Part shown: piece by piece, positions 1 through 12,050 of the stretch
Position numbering within the stretch: position 1 is the stretch's first letter
Layout: each line of letters begins with the position of its first letter
NCBI GenBank assembly: GCA_002269645.1
Contig: NIVC01001128.1
Coordinates: forward strand, 1-64,000
Source of the DNA: Macrostomum lignano
Lineage: Eukaryota
Reading direction: 5' to 3'
Length of the DNA: 64,000 nucleotides
Made by a program: the position numbers and the translations under genes
The notes under the pieces: model-generated
Database searches by the model: none
Told to the model about the DNA's origin: nothing
The model's input: the letters and a program-made list of their open reading frames with translations, nothing else

Positions 1-125
1 TTGTTAATTTGATTAATTTGTAAATATGAGTCAACAGACTTCTGCAGATTCTATGGGCCAGAGAGGCTCAGTAGTATAAAGGGTAGGGTATACCTATACA
101 CCTATATACCTATACAGAGACAGGT

Positions 126-643
126 ATAGGGTATAGGGGCATGGTACTAGTGTCAGCTTGTCTCTGTCAGCCTCTCTGTCTCTGTCAGCTTCCATCTCTG
201 TCATCCTCTCTGTCTCTGTCAGCTTCCATCTCTGTCATCCTCTCTGTCTCTGTCAGCTTCCATCTCTGTCATCCTCTCTGTCTCTGTCAGCTTCCATCTC
301 TGTCATCCTCTCTGTCTCTGTCAGCTTCCATCTCTGTCATCCTCTCTGTCTCTGTCAGCTTCCATCTCTGTCATCCTCTCTGTCTCTGTCAGCTTCCATC
401 TCTGTCATCCTCTCTGTCTCTGTCAGCTTCCATCTCTGTCATCCTCTCTGTCTCTGTCAGCTTCCATCTCTGTCATCCTCTCTGTCTCTGTCAGCTTCCA
501 TCTCTGTCATCCTCTCTGTCTCTGTCAGCTTCCATCTCTGTCATCCTCTCTGTCTCTGTCAGCTTCCATCTCTCATCCTGATGCCAGCTGGCATCAGTCA
601 TAAACTTGAAACTTAAATAGAATACCATACCCCTATACCCTAT
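126..643. mobile_element. Putative non-autonomous TIR element with an internal tandem array
   Basis: 21-bp inverted repeats at 126-146 and 623-643 (1 mismatch) flank a 34-bp tandem array; no TSD identified. Confidence 0.4.
160..580. repeat. 34-bp minisatellite (TCTGTCAGCTTCCATCTCTGTCATCCTCTCTGTC)n
   Basis: About 12 near-identical tandem copies. Confidence 0.95.
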
Positions 644-841
644 TCTCCAGCCTCAGGATGCTGAGATTCTGACACTGAAGAAATATTTTTTATCAATATT
701 CTAATTTCCATATTCATTTATTCTCCAGCATTTTATCAGGTGACATTGGCTCTTTAAGTAACATACTTTCAAAATGCAATCTTAAGAAAGAGTATTCAAT
801 ACAAAGAATTATATTTAACTCCTGTGAGACAGTACAGCGCA

Positions 842-3800
842 ATGCGGTTAATTCACAAAGACATTAACAAAGACCGCTCGGCCAGGTGACCCTGCTGCCC
901 GAGAACCTGAGGACATGTGGCACGCCTACAATCTAGTCCGAGTTGGTGACCGCCTGCGCAGTACTACTCTGCGCAAAGTGACCACAGAGAATGCGGCTGG
1001 CACCGTTAGTTCGCAGAAGCAGCGCACCACCCTCACTGTGCTAGTTGAATCTGTCTACTTCGATGTGCAAGGCTGCTCATTGCAGGTTTGTCTGTCTGGA
1101 TATCGGATGGTGCCATTCGTCTATGCAATCTATTAGACTGTCACTGTTCAGTCGCCTCTGTCCTTTCTATTTCTCTATTACTTACCCTCTCTCCTTACTG
1201 TATCTCCCAGCCTCGGTCTCTGTCAACTTCCGTCTCTGTCAGCTTCCGTCTCTGTCAGCCTCTCCGTCTCTGTCAGCTTCCGTCTCTGTCAGCCTCTCCG
1301 TCTCTGTCAGCCTCTCCGTCTCTGTCAGTCTCTCCGTCTCTGTCAGTCTCTCCGTCTCTGTCAGCCTCTCCGTCTCTGTCAGCCTCTCCGTCTCTGTCAG
1401 TCTCTCCGTCTCTGTCAGCCTCTCCGTCTCTGTCAGCCTCCGTCTCTGTCAGTCTCTCCGTCTCTTTCAGCCTCTCCGTCTCTGTCAGCCTCTCCGTCTC
1501 TGTCAGCCTCTCCGTCTCCCTTGTGCCCGCAGGTAAAAGGCCGCAACGCAGAGGAGAATGCGTACGTGAAAATGGGCGCCTATCACACCATTGATTTGGA
1601 ATTGCAACGCAAATTCACCATAGTGAAAGACGAATGGGACAGCGTCTCGCTTGACAGAGTTGACGAAGCCACTGACATTGCTAGACACGCGGACTTGTCA
1701 GCTATTGTGATGCAAGAGGGCCTCGGGCATATCTGCTTGATAACATCCTCAATGACCCTAGTGCGTTGTCGCGTAGAAGTTAACGTGCCAAAAAAGCGCA
1801 AAGGTTTTCAGTCGTCGCAGTTAGACAAGGCTATGCAGAGATTCTACGAACAGCTCTACCAGGGCCTGAATAAGCATATCAATTTCGGTATTGTTAAATG
1901 CGTGATCTTGGCTAGTCCCGGGTTTACTAAAGACGATTTCTATGAATACTGCTTTCGCCAGGCTATTAAGGAGGACAATAAAGTGCTGATTGAGAATAAG
2001 CCCAAATTTGTGCTGGTGCACTCCTCTAGCGGGCATAGGCAGGCCTTGAAGGGTGAGTAAGCTTTTGGATTGGCTATCTGTTGGATTGCTTTGATATCCT
2101 TGTGCCTGTTATTCAGCTTGTCAATGTCTGTCTGTCTGCTGTTTTGTCTCTCATTCTTGCTGTCTGTATGTCTGTCTGTGTGCCTGTCAATGTCTGTCCG
2201 TCTGTTGTTTTGTCTCTCATTATTCGTGCCTGTTTGTGTGTCTGTCTGTGTTCCTGTCTATGCCTGTCTGTCAGTCTGTCTGGTGCCTGTATATGCCTGT
2301 CTGTCAGTCTGTCTGGGTGCCTGTATATGCCTGTCTGTCAGTCTGTCTGGGTGCCTGTATATGCCTGTCTGTCAGTCTGTGGCTGTGGCTGTCTTTGTGT
2401 CTATCTGTGTCTGTCTGTCTAGGTCTGTGTCTATGTCTGTCTGCCTGTCTATGTCTGCCTGTCTATGTCTATCTTTGTTAGTCTGTTAGTATCATATATA
2501 TATATGTGTGTAGTGTCTTTTGATGTCCGTTAATTTGTTTGTATCTTGTCTAATTTAATAGCTTAGATTAAAAGTTAATTTGCCAAAACTCGCACTCAAA
2601 ACTGGCAGAGGTCCTGGAAGACCCTAACATTGCCAACAAGCTGGCCGACACCCGAGCCGCGCTGGAAGTGAAAGCGCTGGCGGATTTTTATTCTATGCTG
2701 AAATCCGACCCGTCAAGAGCATTCTACGGCGTCAAGCATGTTGAGATGGCCAACGAGAATCACGTGAGTTTTCACTTTTATACGTTTAGCAGGTTCTACG
2801 TCTCTATTATTGAGGGTTTGTGCCTCTCTATTCAGGAGTCTACTTCTCTCTATTCAGGAGTCTACTTCTCTCTATTGAGGAGTCTACTTCTCTCTATTCA
2901 GAAGTCTACTCCTCTCTATTCAGGAGTCTACTTCTCTCTATTTAGGAGTCTACTTCTCTCTATTCAGGAGTCTACTTCTCTCTATTCAGGAGTCTACTTC
3001 TCTCTATTCAGGAGTCTACTTCTCTCTATTTAGGAGTCTACTTCTCTCTATTCAGGAGTCTACTTCTCTCTATTCAGGAGTCTACTTCTCTCTATTCAGG
3101 AGTCTACTTCTCTCTATTCAGGAGTCTACTTCTCTCTATTTAGGAGTCTACTTCTCTCTATTCAGGAGTCTACTTCTCTCTATTTAGGAGTCTACTTCTC
3201 TCTATTCAGGAGTCTACTTCTCTCTATTCAGGAGTCTACTTCTCTCTATTCAGGAGTCTACTTCTCTCTATTCAGGAGTCTACTTCTCTCTATTTAGGAG
3301 TCTACTTCTCTCTATTTAGGAGTCTACTTCTCTCTATTCAGGAGTCTACTTCTCTCTATTCAGAAGTCTACTCCTCTCTATTCAGGAGTCTACTTCTCTC
3401 TATTCAGGAGTCTACTTCTCTCTATTCAGGAGTCTACTCCTCTCTATTCAGGAGTCTACTTCTCTCTATTTAGGAGTCTACTTCTCTCTATTTAGGAGTC
3501 TACTTCTCTCTATTCAGGAGTCTACTTCTCTCTATTCAGGAGTCTACTTCTCTCTATTCAGGAGTCTACTTCTCTCTATTTAGGAGTCTACTTCTCTCTA
3601 TTTAGTAGTCTACTTCTCTCTATTCAGGAGTCTACTTCTCTCTATTCAGGAGTCTACTTCTCTCTATTCAGGAGTCTACTTCTCTCTATTCAGGAGTCTA
3701 CTTCTCTCTATTTAGTAGTCTACTTCTCTCTATTCAGGAGTCTACTTCTCTCTATTCAGGAGTCTACTTCTCTCTATTCAGGAGTCTACTTCTCTCTATT

Positions 3801-4504
3801 CAGGAGTCTACTTCTCTCTATTTAGGAGTCTACTTCTCTCTATTCAGGAGTCTACTTCTCTCTATTTAGGAGTCTACTTCTCTCTATTCAGGAGTCTACT
3901 CTCTATTTAGGAGTCTAATTCTCTCTATTTAGGAGTCTACTTCTCTCTATTAAGGAGTCTATTTCTCTCTATTCAGAATTCTACTCCAAGTGTTTACTTC
4001 ATCATAATTAGTTTATGATAATGATGAAGTTACAATCAAAAGGTTATAATCAATCATAACTTAGCGTTTCTGTGCCTACTTGTCAATTCATCCACATTTC
4101 TCCCGAATGGCCAGGCCATCGAAGTGCTGCTTATATCCGACAGTTTATTTCGATCGAATAAAATCGAAGAACGGCGCCGATTTGTTAAACTGGTCGATTC
4201 GGTTCGCGAGAACGCCGGCCAGGTTCGAATTTTCTCCAGCCTGCATCCTAGCGGAGAGCGTGAGTTTGATTTGCAAGATCGTTTCCGTTTTATGAGACAT
4301 GCCAAATGCTAATTAGATGACGAGGCATATAGGTTACTCCCGCCGTTTACCCTCAAATTTGCAGAGCTCAATCAACTAACCGGGGTAGCGGCCATACTGC
4401 GATTCCCAATGCACGAACCTGACGATAGCGATATTGACGATGACTACGGGCCCACGGATGGCGACGGTAATGGCCTTGATTACCCCACCAATGCGGCTTC
4501 CTAA
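842..4504 (+). CDS. PELO: Pelota (Dom34/eRF1-like ribosome rescue factor), 5 exons: 842-1085, 1533-2052, 2609-2763, 4115-4259, 4365-4504; about 401 aa after correcting two 1-nt deletions in exon 1
   Basis: Translation [13 protein letters not shown](G)QVTLLP(EE)[10 protein letters not shown]...[16 protein letters not shown]...[11 protein letters not shown]...LVHSSSGH...RAFYGVKHV...[23 protein letters not shown] matches pelota family motifs. All introns are GT..AG and the phases join. AATAAA at 4547-4552. Confidence 0.95.
1215..1520. repeat. 18-bp minisatellite (TCTGTCAGCCTCTCCGTC)n in pelota intron 1
   Basis: Tandem copies running up to the splice acceptor. Confidence 0.95.
2100..2480. repeat. 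Degenerate (CTGT)n-type repeat in pelota intron 2
   Basis: Visible CTGT/GTCT periodicity. Confidence 0.85.
2820..3985. repeat. 22-bp minisatellite (TTCAGGAGTCTACTTCTCTCTA)n in pelota intron 3
   Basis: About 50 tandem copies. Confidence 0.95.
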
Positions 4505-4744
4505 TGTAGCTGAACTACATTTTTATTTATTTATATATTCTGCACTAATAAATCTGCTTTGATCTTCAAAGGTGCGACTCTATTTCTCTGAAAAATGCTT
4601 AATAATTTTATGTCAAGTTTTAAACCTTTACTTAAGTTTTCTGGAGTGCGGCCTGTTTGATTCTATTTTAATGGCTTAGTGATCGAAAATTACTGTGGTA
4701 TTCTAATGCCTATACTTATTTGTTCTTCTCTCCCTTAAGCCGCT

Positions 4745-5450
4745 CTAGTCCGCTCTCTAGAACCCTAATCCGCTCTCTACAACCTTCCTAATCCGCTCTC
4801 TACAACCTTCCTAATCCGCTCTCTACAATCATCTCCCTGAAATCCCACTAATCCGCTCCCTACAATCGCCCTTAATCCGCAATCCGCTCCCTAAAATCCC
4901 CCTTAATCCGCAATCCGCTCCCTACAATCCCCCCTAATCCGCTCCCTACAATCCCCCCTAATCCGCTCCCTACAATCCCCTAATTCGCTTTCTACAATTT
5001 CCACAATCCGCTCCCTACAATCGCCCTTAATCCGCAATCCGCTCCCTAAAATCCCCCTTAATCCGCAATCCGCTCCCTACAATCCCCCCTAATCCGCTCC
5101 CTACAACCCCCCTAATCCGCTCCCTACAATCCCCCTTAATCCGCTCCCTACAACCCCCCTAATCCGCTCCCTAAAATCCCCCTTAATCCGCAATCCGCTC
5201 CCTACAACCCCCCTAATTCGCTCCCTAAAATCCCCCTTAATCCGCAATCCGCTCCCTACAATCCCCCTTAATCCGCAATCCGCTCCCTAAAATCCCCCTT
5301 AATCCGCAATCCGCTCCCTACAACCCCCCTAATCTGCTCCCTACAATCCCCCCTAATCCGCTCCCCACAATCCCCCCTAATCCGCTCCCTACAACCCCCT
5401 TAATCCGCGATCCGCTCCCTACAATCCCCCTTAATCCGCTCCCTACAATT
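4745..5450. repeat. 23-30-bp minisatellite (AATCCGCTCCCTACAATCCCCCT)n
   Basis: Tandem copies with length variants. Confidence 0.9.
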
Positions 5451-6544
5451 GTCCTAATCCACTCGAGAAAATGATGCAACCACCCAGCAAGGGGTTAAAA
5501 CTGTGTCTCTATCTTGTCTCCCGTAATGCAGTGCTACATTGGCTGGAGTAATTCTTTGACTCTTCTGTGTGTGCGATGTTTCTATACATATAGTTTTCGA
5601 TTCATTGTCGGGTATCACTACCATGTTGATTGTTGACATGCAGTTTGGGTTGGAAGAGGTTTCAATTCTTCGCTTAATCGGTTAAATTTATCATAAATCA
5701 TTTTTTCTGGTTATTGATCATTTGGTTGGTTATTAGCAGCTGCTGCCTACTTTTTTATGTTGAAGCACTTCTCCGTTAATTACAATGCGCTATTTACCTC
5801 TATTAGTAGCGTACTAGTGTCAGATTCTAAATGAATGAAACAAGATTTAAATTGTTACGAAATTCTGAAATATCGCCATAAGGAATATAAAATTTTCTTT
5901 TGCATCGCTATTTAGACAGTCTATATAATGACTCATCCAACAGTTTACAGATTAGACCATGAAACAGTTTAAAATATCAATTAAAACTTGTTTCTTTCAT
6001 AACTTCTACTCGCATTATTCTCCAAACTTATATTGTAAATGCTGCTTGCTTGCGTGAGAAAAAGACCAACACTTTTAACTGCTTTTCCTTTTCAATTTTT
6101 CGGCTATAATTTGACGATCTTTCAATGAGTTTGTCATCAATTTCTTAAAACTGCAGGCAATTTTTGCTTATTTTCCGCACTACAAAATACTCGTAGCTAC
6201 TTGCAGTAGTTTGTTGTCGCCTATGTGAAACTATTTTTGGGCCCTATTAGTTAGCTTGGCAACCTGTTCATAAGACACCGATTGTAGCTGTGTGATGTCA
6301 TGTTTGACCAGGTAATTCAAGGATTTAAAAAGTTATAAATAAAATTGATCGACAGGTGGTCAGAATTGACTTAAAAAACTGACTGCTTTTTTAAATGAGT
6401 TTTATTCAGAGAGCTGGATTCATTTTTATATTTTCAACTGGCTTTATGCGTTGTTTGCTTTTATTCGCATGCTTAACGAGTCATCTGTTGTCTGTTTACT
6501 GCCTTAATTTTTCACTAATGTCCACCGAGATATTCACTATACAT

Positions 6545-7348
6545 GTATTATCCATCAAGATATCCACAATATCATCAATCAACATATCCACAATATTACC
6601 CATTGAGATAACCACAATATTATCCATTGAGATAGCCACAATATTACCCATTGAGATATCCACAATATTATCCATCGAGGTAACCACAATATTATCTATT
6701 GAGATATCCACAATATTGCCCATTGAGATATCCACAATATTATCCATCAAGATATCCACAATATCATCAATCAACATATCCACAATATTATCCATTGAGA
6801 TATCCACTATATTATGCATCAAGATATCCACTATATTTTGCATCAAGATATCCACAATATGATTCATCAAGATATCCACAATATCATCAATCAACATATC
6901 CACAATATTATCCATTGAGATATCCACTATATTATGCATCAAGATATCCACTATATTTTGCATCAAGATATCCACAATATGATTCATCAAGATATCCACA
7001 ATATCATCAATCAACATATCCACAATATTATCCATTGAGATATCCACTATATTATGCATCAAGATATCCACTATATTTTGCATCAAGATATATCCACAAT
7101 ATGATTCATCAAGATATCCACAATATTACCCATTGAGATATCCACAATATCATCAATCAAGATATCCACAATATCATCAATCAACATATCCACAATATTA
7201 TCCATTGAGATATCCACTATATTTTGCATCAAGATATCCACAATATGATTCATCAAGATATCCACAATATTACCCATTGAGATATCCACAATATAATCAA
7301 TCAAGATATCCACAATATTATCCATTGAGATATCCACAATATTATCCA
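6545..7348. repeat. 24-bp minisatellite (GAGATATCCACAATATTATCCATT)n, left block
   Basis: Tandem copies; the same monomer resumes at 11599/11611. Confidence 0.95.
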
Positions 7349-7430
7349 TCTCCCCCCTTCGAATCGCAACGGGGGCACGCCTCGATTCGCTCGGAGGTTG
7401 TAGCTCGGTCTCTGAGCCGTAGTCGCCTTG

Positions 7431-10400
7431 TCAGTTCCGGCTATGCTCTCCGCTAAGCGGTCGTGGCGACCGGGCTCGGGGGTACTCGGGACTGAGCTCG
7501 CCGCCGGCTTGTTCTCCGCCTGCTCTGACGTGGCCGAGACCGGAGTCCGTCGCTGCGGGCGTCACCGTTGGAAGGTCGGTGGGCTTCGCCGCCCCCTCGG
7601 AGCTGAGGTCGCCGTTCAGGTTGGTTGTCGCAGTCGCGCCGCCTTCATTGTTGTCAGGCTCGTGTCGCCGAAGTTGGTCCAGGTGGGCGAGTGTGGCTCT
7701 GTTGCCCTGTCGCATGATCAGCGCCGTGTTGGATCCCTTCAGCGCTAGGAATTCTGCCTTCTCCGGGATCGCGCCTTTCCTTGGGGCGTACCACACCTCG
7801 GACCGGATTGCTGTTCTCATGGTGATGGGGTTCCGCAGGTGCCTGCCCATCAGCTGCGCTGGACTGAACTCTCTTCCGGCATGCGGCACGCATCGGTAGT
7901 TTAGCAGAATCCGCGCCAGGAACGCGTCGTACGACTCCTACTGGTCCCAGCCCGCCGAAGCCACCTTGATCGTCTGCACCATGCGCTCAGCCAGGCCGTT
8001 CGACTGGGGGTGGTATGGCGGAGTTTTCACAGCGCGGCAGCCAATTCTGCTCAGCCAACTCACCAGCCCTTCATCATGAAATTCAGCAGCATTGTCACTC
8101 ACCAGGGTTCGTGGAACTCCATTGCGGGTGAAGACCTCCTGGAGGACCTTCCTGACGGTCGCGGCGCTCTTGTCCGGCACTCGGATGGCCTCCGGCCAGG
8201 CGGACATGGCGTCAACCAGGACCAGCAGGAGCCCGACCTTTGGGACGTGAGCGTGGTCCATGTGGACGCGTCCCCAGGGTTCAGAGTCGGCCGGCCATTG
8301 ATGGACGCTGCTGTGGCCGCTTTGGCGTTGCTTGGCGCAGGTGTGGCAGGCACGGACGAATCCTTCCACGTCGCTGCAGTAGCCCGGCCACCAGACGGAG
8401 TTGCGGACCAGCGCTCGTGTGCTCGAGGCACCGGGGTGCACCCCGCTGTGCACCAACTCCAGGACGCGGCTTCGTAAAGACTAGGGAATGACTGGCCGGT
8501 CTCCGTAGCACACTACCGAGTCTATTGTAAGCGCGTGACGAATTGCCTTGAAGGGCCGCTCTGCAGGGGAGCAGCCCGACCAGCCATTTCCGGCTATCCT
8601 GCGCATGACATCTGCTAGCAGCCTGTCACGTTTTGTCTCCTCTGCTAGCTCATTCCAACCAATTACGCTTTCATCAGCCCAATGCACCAGGTGTTGGTGG
8701 TGAGTCGCAGCTTCAGACTGATCTTCCGGAACATCGGCAAAGTCGAGGCGGGAAAGCGCATCGGCGTGCGGAATTTGGGCTCCTCGGACGTACTCAAAGT
8801 CGAACCCCATGAGGCGGATGGCCCAGCGCAGGAGTCGAGCGTTGGCGACCTTGGGGAGTTGTTGTCTTGTTCCGAACAAGAACTCTAGAGGGCGGTGGTC
8901 CGTTCGCAGTGTGAAACGCTTGCCTAGAAGGAATTGTCGAGCCCTCCATCGCCCAAACAATCGCCAGAGCCTCTCGCTCGATGTTGGAATAGCGCGCCTC
9001 CGCCTGTGTCAATCGCCGGCTGAAGTAGATGACGGGGTGCCCTTCCTGCGTGAGCACGGCGGCCGCCGCCTTTTCACTGCCGTCTGTCGTTAGCGTTGTC
9101 TCTTTGGCTCGGTCGTAAGGCTGAATGATCGGGCCGGAGCTCAGCAGCTTCTTCAGCTGGTGGAAGGCCGCTTCTTGCGCAGCTCCCCACACAAACTCCG
9201 CTCCCTTCTTGCGCAGCTGGTTCAAAGGCTCGACAACGTGCGCATAGTTGTTGACAAACCTTCCGAAGAAATTGCAGAGACCAAGGAACGACTCTAACTG
9301 GCGACGGTCGCGTGGCGCGGAGATCTCCATGATTTTGCTGACCAGGCCGGGGTCCGGCGAGATTCCGTCTGCGCTGATTCTGTAGCCCAGGAACTTGACT
9401 GTCTTGGCCCCCAGGTTGGATTTGGCGAGATTTATATTCATGCCGGCCGCCTGTAGGGTCTTGATTACTTCATCAACTTTGGCCTTGAGACTCTCGGCAG
9501 ATTGACCTCCGATAAGGATGTTGTCTTGATAGATGACCTTGCCGCTTACGTCCTCGAGGGTGGTCTCCATTGCCTTTTGAAAGATGGCGGATGCTGATTT
9601 AAGGCCAGGCACTAGTCGGGTGTAGCGGAACAGCCCTAACGGAGTTTCAATCGTGGTGACCTCCCTGCTCTTCTCCTCGAGCTCGATCTGTAAGTAGGCG
9701 TCAGATAGGTCGAGAGTGGCAAAGTCAGTCATTCCGGCAACGTCCGAGAAGATCGTTTCGACGGTTGGCATGGGGTAGGTGTCTCCGCACACCTGATGGT
9801 TGACCCCCGCCTTGTAGTCTGCGCAAATTCTGACATTGCCATTAGGTTTTAAAACGCAGACGATCGGGGACGCCCACTCGCTGCCACCTTCCGTCACCGG
9901 CTCGAGGATGCCCTCATTTACGAGACGCTTTAGCTCCTGATTGACGCGGTCACGCAGGTGCAGCGGCACTGCTCTGGCTGCGCAGTAGAAAGGCTTGGCA
10001 CCCTCAATCAGCTTGATCCTGGCCTGGAAACCCTTCAGACAATCGAGGTGTTGAACAACGGAACATTGAGCACTGGCTGCCTGGCCTTCGGGGTTCCGAT
10101 CAAATTGTCAAGACCCAGCAGTCCATGTGACTTGCGCGCTGCTGTGACCACCAAGTCGACTGTGCGGAACTTTTCTTGGTCATCCCACGTGGCAGTGAAC
10201 TCTCCCAGGGTTCTTATGATCGATCCGTCGGACTTTTTTTAGAATTCGTCTGGATTTCCTCAGTGCTGGGCATCCAAGTGCCTCCCAGTGGCCCCGTGGA
10301 ATGAGACTCACATCAGCGCCCGTGTCTACCTGCATTTGCAGTTCCTTGCCGTTGATTTTGACCTGCCGGAAGATGCCGTTCCGCTCTCTGCGTTCCGGTC

Positions 10401-11248
10401 TGATGACGAAGACGTTGGCGGTGTCTCGCTCCATCTCGGCGCCTTCGTTCTCCTCCCAGGTCTCCAAATGCACGGTGCGGGACCTGCATACGGCTGCGAA
10501 GTGGTTTTTCCTGTTGCAGGCGGTGCACCGCTTGCCGAACGCGGGGCATGCGCCTTGCTGGTGCGAACCGCCGCAATATTGGCACTTCGTCTTGCTGATG
10601 TTCCTCGGCGGTCTGGTGTCCGGCGCTGGCTGTGGGGGCGTGCCGTGCCGCCCTGCATAGGCGATGCTGGCCTCGGTGTTGGCAGCGGCCCCGGTGCTGG
10701 CGTTGTAGCAGCGGATTTGCTCAAGTTGCTCAAGTGTTTGCAGCACCTCGTTTAGCAGCATGTCTGTAGCTTGCATTCTCTCCAACAGTCTATGCTTGTG
10801 GTCCACAGAGGCGAGTCCGTCCACGAGCTGCATGGTGATGAGCTCGTCCTCGCTTGACTGTTTCGTCCCGAGCTTCTCAAAGCTGCACGTAGCCGCTGCT
10901 GCACGGAGTCGACGGTAGTAGGAGGCGACACTTTCGCTTGGGTCCTGCCTGAGAGCGAGGAATTTCGCTCGTTCGGCAATGTCGAGGCGCTTTTTGGACC
11001 GGATTGTCTCCTTGATGATGTCTCGGATTTGTGCAAATGTTTTTTTCCAGGCTGTCCGGGGCAGCCATGAGGGACAGCGGTCTCAGTGCCTTGAGACCTG
11101 CCCTGGCGAGGAATAGATCGGTGATCTGCCGATCTTCTGTGTCCGTCAGTTTCTTGGTTCGTGCGGCAGCCGCAAAGCTGAGCAGCCAGGCTTCGGCTGT
11201 GTCTGGGTCATCCAAGTTTAGTTCGAAGTTGTTTGCTTGCGACGCCAT
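7431..11248 (-). pseudogene. gag-pol polyprotein of the Gypsy element, broken by at least five frameshifts
   Basis: Consecutive minus-strand ORFs switch frame while continuing the same domain series; the start is MASQANNFEL at 11248. Confidence 0.85.
11234..11247 (-). other. Primer-binding site TGGCGTCGCAAGCA (tRNA-Ser-like 3' end)
   Basis: One nt after the LTR-terminal CA. Its complement TGCTTGCGACG-CCA has the layout T-stem end + acceptor strand + discriminator G + CCA. Confidence 0.55.
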
Positions 11249-11610
11249 TGTCAAGTCGCTCCCAGTAAACGATGACAAGGCTGCCCGTGGGCTTGGTTGA
11301 GTCAAGTGCGAAGTTGTATAGTTGAGCGAAATATTGCTAAATTAGAGAGTTACGAGGTGGTAGGTGGCGAGACCAATATATAGGCTTAAAAGACAAACAA
11401 GTAAGTGGCTTAAAACTCAGAATCGATCACTACTGAATATTATCATGTCAAGGGGGAGAGAGAGAAAGTACACAGAGCAGCGCACACCGGGGTAGGCCGG
11501 TTTGGCTAGTTAGGCTGGTTGGCTAGTTAGAGTTACACATTATTGAGCTCAGGTGAGTCAGGTGCAGTGCAGTATATCAAAACACGCCCGGCACCTCAGA
11601 GATATCCACA
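11249..11610 (-). repeat. 5' LTR of the Gypsy element (about 350-362 bp, TG...CA)
   Basis: On the minus strand it starts TGTGGATATCTCTGAGG (or TGAGG 12 nt later) and ends CTTGACA, directly before the PBS and the gag ATG. No second copy exists in the window, so the boundary is inferred. Confidence 0.6.
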
Positions 11611-12050
11611 ATATTACCCATTGAGATATCCACAATATTATCCATCGATATATCCACTATATTACCCATAGAGATATCCACAATATTACCCATTGAGATA
11701 TCCACAATATTATCCATCGATATATCCACTATATTACCCATAGAGATATCCACAATATTACCCATTGAGATATCCACAATATTATCCATCGATATATCCA
11801 CTATATTATGCATCAAGATATCAAGATATGATTCATCAAGATATCCACAATATTATCCACTGAGATATCCACAATATCATCAATCAACATATCCACAATA
11901 TTACCCATTGAGATATCCACAATATTATCCATCAACATATCCACAATATTACCCATTGAGATATCCACAATATTTTCAGCTGAGATATTAACTATTTTAT
12001 CTTAATCTACCGAGATATCTACAATATCGTCCACGAAAACATCCATCATT
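11611..12050. repeat. 24-bp minisatellite, right block (same family as 6545-7348)
   Basis: Tandem copies degenerating towards 12050. Confidence 0.95.

Larger units (their letters stand above)
7349..11610 (-). mobile_element. Ty3/Gypsy LTR retrotransposon (Mag/K02A2.6-like), frameshifted; 5' LTR present, 3' LTR absent
   Basis: Domain order gag-PR-RT-RH-IN across ORF pieces 11248-10877, 10833-10180, 9969-8794, 8960-8481, 8456-7938 and 7889-7431. Motifs: double CCHC knuckle (CQYCGGSH..C; CTACNRKNHFAAVC), DTGADVSLI, WASPIV, LDLSDAYLQ, YQDNILI, YSNIEREAL, HADALSRL, HMDHA, SDNA, SNGLAER. Polypurine tract at 7349-7360. Confidence 0.95.

Noticed and set aside
4420-4504. Acidic C-terminal tail of pelota
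   Set aside because: Acidic, variable tails are normal for this family.
6395-7456. Met/Ile/Asp-rich and Tyr/Pro-rich ORFs
   Set aside because: They are 8-aa periodic translations of the 24-bp satellite.
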